This document shows, piece by piece, positions 59,881 through 64,000 of a stretch of 64,000 bases of DNA (its first letter is position 1; every line of letters starts with the position of its first letter). Source of the stretch: an uncultured Actinomycetota bacterium. GTDB taxonomy: Bacteria > Actinomycetota > Actinomycetes > Mycobacteriales > CAVVZQ01. Both the position numbers and the translations under genes were made by a program. The stretch spans positions 10,030 through 74,029 of the forward strand of contig CAVVZQ010000005.1 in assembly GCA_963752715.1 (NCBI GenBank). The letters run 5' to 3'. Under the pieces are notes generated by a model that worked only from the letters and a program-made list of their open reading frames with translations, was not told the DNA's origin and made no database searches.

Positions 59881-61230
59881 ATGGAGCCGCAAGGAGTGAT
59901 CAACGTGACCGGTACGGGCTTCCACGACCAGCTCGACGCAGATGTCTGGCCGAAGTCCGCCCGGCGCGAGCGCGGTGTGCTGCACGTCGGAGGCTGCGAC
60001 GTCCGGGATCTCGCCGGGGAGTACCAGACCCCGCTGTGGGTGCTCGACGAGGAGGAGTTCCGCAGCCGGTGCCGGCAGTGGCGCGAGGCGTTCCCCACCG
60101 GAGATGTCTACTACGCGGCGAAGGCCTTCCTCTGCCTGGCGATCGCCCGGTGGATCGACGAGGAGGGGCTTTCCCTGGACGTCTGTACGGGCGGAGAGCT
60201 CGCAGTCGCGCTGCGGGCCGGGTTTCCGCCCGAGCGGCTGTTGTTCCACGGCAACAACAAGTCCCGGGCCGAGCTCGACCGTGCCGTGGAGGTGGGCGTG
60301 GGACGGGTGGCCGTCGACTCCTTCGAGGAGGTCGTGCGGCTCGCCGACGCTGCGGAGCGGGCGGGACGTCGTCAGCGGGTCCTGCTCCGCGTCACGCCCG
60401 GGGTGGAGGCCCACACCCACGAGTACGTCGCGACCGGGCAGGAGGACCAGAAGTTCGGCTTCTCCCTCGCCTCGGGTGCCGCCGCCGAGGCGGTTCGACG
60501 GATCCTGAAGCTCCCTGCCCTGGAGCTGGTCGGGCTGCACTGTCACATCGGTTCGCAGATCTTCGACACCGCCGGGTTCCGGCTGGCCGTCCACCGCCTG
60601 GTCGCGCTGCTCGCCGAGATCCGTACGGAGCACGGAGTCGAGCTGCCGGAGCTCGATGTCGGCGGTGGCCTGGGTATTGCGTACACCGACGGCGACCTGC
60701 CGATGGAGCCGGCGGAGTTCGCCCAGCGACTGTCGGCAGACCTGGCCAAGGAGTGTGGTGCAGCGGGCCTGGCGGTGCCGCGGCTCGCGGTGGAGCCGGG
60801 CCGGGCGATCTCTGGCCCGACGACCATCACGCTCTATGAGGTCGGGACCGTCAAGGACCTGCCCGGGCTGCGGACGTACGTCAGCGTCGACGGCGGCATG
60901 AGCGACAACATCCGTACCGCCCTGTACGGAGCGCACTACAGCCCGGCGCTCGCCTCCCGGCAGTCCGAGGCGGAGATGCACAACGTGACCGTCTGCGGCA
61001 AGCACTGCGAGAGCGGCGACATCGTCGCGCACGACGTGCCGCTGCCTGCTGACCTGGCTCCGGGGGACCTGATCGCGCTGCCGTCCAGCGGCGCCTACCA
61101 CAGGTCGATGGCCAGCAACTACAACCACGTGCCCCGGCCGGCGGTCGTGGGAGTCCGCGGTGGGAGCTCCCGGGTGCTGGTACGACGCGAGACGGAGGAG
61201 GACCTGGTCCGCCTGGACCTCATGCCATAG
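59881..61230 (+). CDS. lysA: Diaminopimelate decarboxylase
   Basis: YAAKAF, HGNNKS, KFG, HCHIGSQ, VGGGLG, EPGR, CESGD, GAY..MASNYN. Confidence 0.96.
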   Translation: MEPQGVINVTGTGFHDQLDADVWPKSARRERGVLHVGGCDVRDLAGEYQTPLWVLDEEEFRSRCRQWREAFPTGDVYYAAKAFLCLAIARWIDEEGLSLDVCTGGELAVALRAGFPPERLLFHGNNKSRAELDRAVEVGVGRVAVDSFEEVVRLADAAERAGRRQRVLLRVTPGVEAHTHEYVATGQEDQKFGFSLASGAAAEAVRRILKLPALELVGLHCHIGSQIFDTAGFRLAVHRLVALLAEIRTEHGVELPELDVGGGLGIAYTDGDLPMEPAEFAQRLSADLAKECGAAGLAVPRLAVEPGRAISGPTTITLYEVGTVKDLPGLRTYVSVDGGMSDNIRTALYGAHYSPALASRQSEAEMHNVTVCGKHCESGDIVAHDVPLPADLAPGDLIALPSSGAYHRSMASNYNHVPRPAVVGVRGGSSRVLVRRETEEDLVRLDLMP

Positions 61231-61296
61231 CGCGCCCCTCACCTGCCCCCCGTTGCCTGCCCCCTGCCTGCCCCCCGTTCGCCTGCCCCCCGTTCG

Positions 61297-61517
61297 GTGA
61301 TCATGGCGCTCTTGCGCGCCCCTCGCGGTGATCATGGCGTTAGGGCATGACACGCAGGCGCGACTCGCCGTGTTTGCGGACCTTCTGCCATGATCACGGC
61401 GCTCTGGCGGACCTTCTGCCATGATCACGGCGCGGCTGTGCCTAGCACCAGGATCGCGCCGGGTCTGTGCGGACCGCCATGATCGCGGCGAGTCTGACGC
61501 CAGAGTGCCCAGATCAC
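61297..61517. repeat. Array of about 30-bp periodic repeats with an 11-bp core GCCATGATCAC in both orientations
   Basis: Reverse cores at 61297 and 61328; forward cores at 61387 and 61418; degenerate cores at 61447, 61476, 61507. Confidence 0.75.
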
Positions 61518-61586
61518 GTCGATGAGGAACCGCCGTCCCGCCCTCCCCCCGTTCGAGTCACTCGCGCGGACGGTCACACTGGAGGG

Positions 61587-62888
61587 GTGGAGAGGCCGAT
61601 TCGGATAGCCCTGCTTGGTGCCGGGACCGTGGGTGGTGAGGTGCTGAGGCTCCTCGAGGAGCATGCCCCTGACCTGGCCGCCCGGGCGGGCGCTCCGCTC
61701 GAGCTGGCCGGCGTCGCGGTGCGCCGGGTGGACGTTCCCCGCCGGGTCGACATCCCGCCCCATCTCATCACCGACGATGCGCACGCGCTGGTGAACCGCT
61801 CCGACGTGGACATCGTGATCGAGCTCATCGGCGGCATCGAGCCGGCGCGGGAGCTCCTCACGGCCGCACTACGCAGCGGGAAGTCTGTCGTGACCGCGAA
61901 CAAGGCGCTGCTGGCCGAACACGGCCCGAGCCTGTACCGGGCCGCCTCCGAGGCCGGCGTCGACATCTATTTCGAGGCAGCAGTGGCGGGTGCGATCCCA
62001 CTGCTGAGATCCATCCAGGTCAGCCTGGCGGGCGACCGGATCAACCGGGTGATGGGCATCGTCAACGGTACGACGAACTACATCCTGACCAAGATGGACG
62101 AGAGCGGGGCCGATCTGTCCGACGCGCTCGCCGAGGCGACCCGGCTCGGGTACGCCGAGGCCGACCCCACAGCCGACGTCGAGGGGTACGACGCCGCGAG
62201 CAAGGCCGCGATCCTGGGGAGCCTGGCATTCCACACCCGCGTCGCGTCCGAGTCGGTCTTCCGGCGCGGGATCACGGCGGTGACGGCGGAGGAGGTGGCC
62301 GACGCGAGAGATCTCGGGTACGTGATCAAGCTGCTCGCCATCGCCGAGCGCACGGACAGCCCCACGGGCCCGGCGCTGTCCGTGCGCGTCCACCCCACCC
62401 TGATACCCCGCAACCACCCACTCGCCAGCGTCCGGGAGGCCTTCAACGCGGTGTTCATCGAGGCCGAGGCGGCCGGTCAGCTCATGCTGTACGGGCCCGG
62501 GGCCGGTGGCGCGCCGACCGCCTCCGCAGTGATGGGTGATGTGGTGACCGCGGCTCGCCACGTGGTCGAAGGGTCGATCGGACCGGGGGAGTCGGCCTAC
62601 GCCGACATCGAGGTGCTCCCGATGGACGCCACCATCACCCAGTACTACCTGCGCATCGACGTCGCCGACGAGACAGGCGTGCTGGCGTCGATCGCGAGGG
62701 TGTTCGCCGACCGGGGCGTGAGCATCGCGACCGTACGCCAGGAGGGTCAGGGGGAGGACGCGACGCTGAAGGTCATGACGCACCGTGCCGTCGAGGCCGA
62801 TCTCGCCGCCGTCGTCGGCGACCTGCGGGATCATAGGTCGGTACGCAGCGTCTCCAGTGTGCTGCGGGTCCACGGGAGCGAAACGTGA
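61587..62888 (+). CDS. hom: Homoserine dehydrogenase
   Basis: [45 protein letters not shown]-terminal ACT; GGAGG SD. Confidence 0.96.
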   Translation: MERPIRIALLGAGTVGGEVLRLLEEHAPDLAARAGAPLELAGVAVRRVDVPRRVDIPPHLITDDAHALVNRSDVDIVIELIGGIEPARELLTAALRSGKSVVTANKALLAEHGPSLYRAASEAGVDIYFEAAVAGAIPLLRSIQVSLAGDRINRVMGIVNGTTNYILTKMDESGADLSDALAEATRLGYAEADPTADVEGYDAASKAAILGSLAFHTRVASESVFRRGITAVTAEEVADARDLGYVIKLLAIAERTDSPTGPALSVRVHPTLIPRNHPLASVREAFNAVFIEAEAAGQLMLYGPGAGGAPTASAVMGDVVTAARHVVEGSIGPGESAYADIEVLPMDATITQYYLRIDVADETGVLASIARVFADRGVSIATVRQEGQGEDATLKVMTHRAVEADLAAVVGDLRDHRSVRSVSSVLRVHGSET

Positions 62889-63997
62889 CGATTGCCAGCC
62901 CTTCACCGTCTGCCCAGCGCAGGTCCGGACCGGCGCGGCCGCAGTGGCGGGGTGTGGTGGAGGAGTTCCGGGAGCGGTTGCCCGTCGCGCCGGAAACCCC
63001 GGCGGTCACGCTGCTGGAGGGCGGTACCCCGCTGGTCCCGGCCCGGATTCTCTCCGAGCGCACCGGTGCGCAGGTGTTCCTCAAGGTCGAGGGAGCCAAC
63101 CCGACGGGTTCCTTCAAGGACCGCGGGATGACGATGGCGATCACCCAGGCTGCCGCAGCAGGCGCGCGTGCGGTGATCTGCGCTTCCACCGGAAACACCA
63201 GCGCCAGCGCCGCCGCGTACGCCGTACGTGCCGGTATGACGTGCGCGGTGCTGGTGCCGCAGGGCAAGATCGCCCTGGGCAAGCTGGCTCAGGCGCTCGT
63301 GCACGGCGCGCGGCTGCTGCAGGTGGACGGCAACTTCGACGAGTGTCTCGACGTCGCACGTGAGCTCTCCGAGAAGTACCCGGTGACGCTGGTCAACTCG
63401 GTCAACCCGGACCGCATCCAGGGACAGAAGACTGCGGCCTTCGAGATCTCCGACGTGCTCGGCAGGGCCCCGGACATCCACTGCCTGCCGGTGGGCAACG
63501 CGGGGAACATCACGGCGTACTGGCTCGGCTACCGCGAGTATTTCGACGACGGCACTGTCGACTCCCTGCCCCGGATGTACGGGTTCCAGGCCGCGGGCGC
63601 TGCTCCGATCGTCCGCAACGCCCCGGTCGCGGCGCCGCAGACGATCGCCACCGCGATCCGGATCGGCAACCCCGCCTCCTGGACGCAGGCAGTCGCGGCG
63701 CGGGAGGAGTCCGGTGGTCTCATCGACGCGGTGACCGACAGGTCGATTCTCAACGCCTACAAGCTCCTGGCCAGCCAGGAGGGCGTCTTCGTGGAGCCCG
63801 CGTCGGCCGCGTCCGTGGCGGGACTCCTGCAGGTGGCCGCCGAAGGCAAGGTCCCGTCCGGCTCAACAGTCGTCTGCACGGTGACGGGCCACGGACTGAA
63901 GGACCCCGAGTGGGCGATTGCCGGAGCCCCGCGGCCCGTGACGGTTCCGGTGGACGCCGATGCCGCCGCCGAGACCCTCGGGCTCGACGAGCGGTGA
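62885..63997 (+). CDS. thrC: Threonine synthase
   Basis: [37 protein letters not shown]. Confidence 0.96.
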   Translation: MTIASPSPSAQRRSGPARPQWRGVVEEFRERLPVAPETPAVTLLEGGTPLVPARILSERTGAQVFLKVEGANPTGSFKDRGMTMAITQAAAAGARAVICASTGNTSASAAAYAVRAGMTCAVLVPQGKIALGKLAQALVHGARLLQVDGNFDECLDVARELSEKYPVTLVNSVNPDRIQGQKTAAFEISDVLGRAPDIHCLPVGNAGNITAYWLGYREYFDDGTVDSLPRMYGFQAAGAAPIVRNAPVAAPQTIATAIRIGNPASWTQAVAAREESGGLIDAVTDRSILNAYKLLASQEGVFVEPASAASVAGLLQVAAEGKVPSGSTVVCTVTGHGLKDPEWAIAGAPRPVTVPVDADAAAETLGLDER

Positions 63998-64000
63998 GCC

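Noticed and set aside
61297-61517. CRISPR array
   Set aside because: Core is only 11 bp, occurs in both orientations, spacers about 19 bp and partly duplicated; no cas genes

Overview
High-GC actinobacterial chromosomal segment made mostly of core genes: pckG, gltD, msrA, hisN-rsgA-aroA, ybaK-sigH/sigR-rshA, bL37, bioA/F/D/B and bsaP, pdtaS-like kinase, whiB1, two fluC, sodN/sodX, rmlC, gabD, adnAB, kgd, tRNA-Arg(CCG), argS-lysA and hom-thrC. No integrase, transposase or CRISPR array is visible. The best candidate for an unusual system is a PARIS-like defence pair (ABC ATPase plus TOPRIM/DUF4435-like nuclease) with a co-oriented membrane-anchored Hanks Ser/Thr kinase directly upstream. It lies in a ~12 kb block that interrupts the usual sigH...pdtaS-whiB1 synteny and also carries biotin genes interleaved with lipid enzymes. 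Other signals are candidate CTG start codons (rsgA, LCP gene, GNAT gene), a textbook SigR/SigH promoter ahead of an in-frame N-terminal extension of the sigma factor, two families of palindromic intergenic repeats, many short tandem duplications, several internally deleted gene remnants, and frameshifts in hisN and adnB that may be sequencing errors. Family calls come from motifs recognised by eye; no searches were run.
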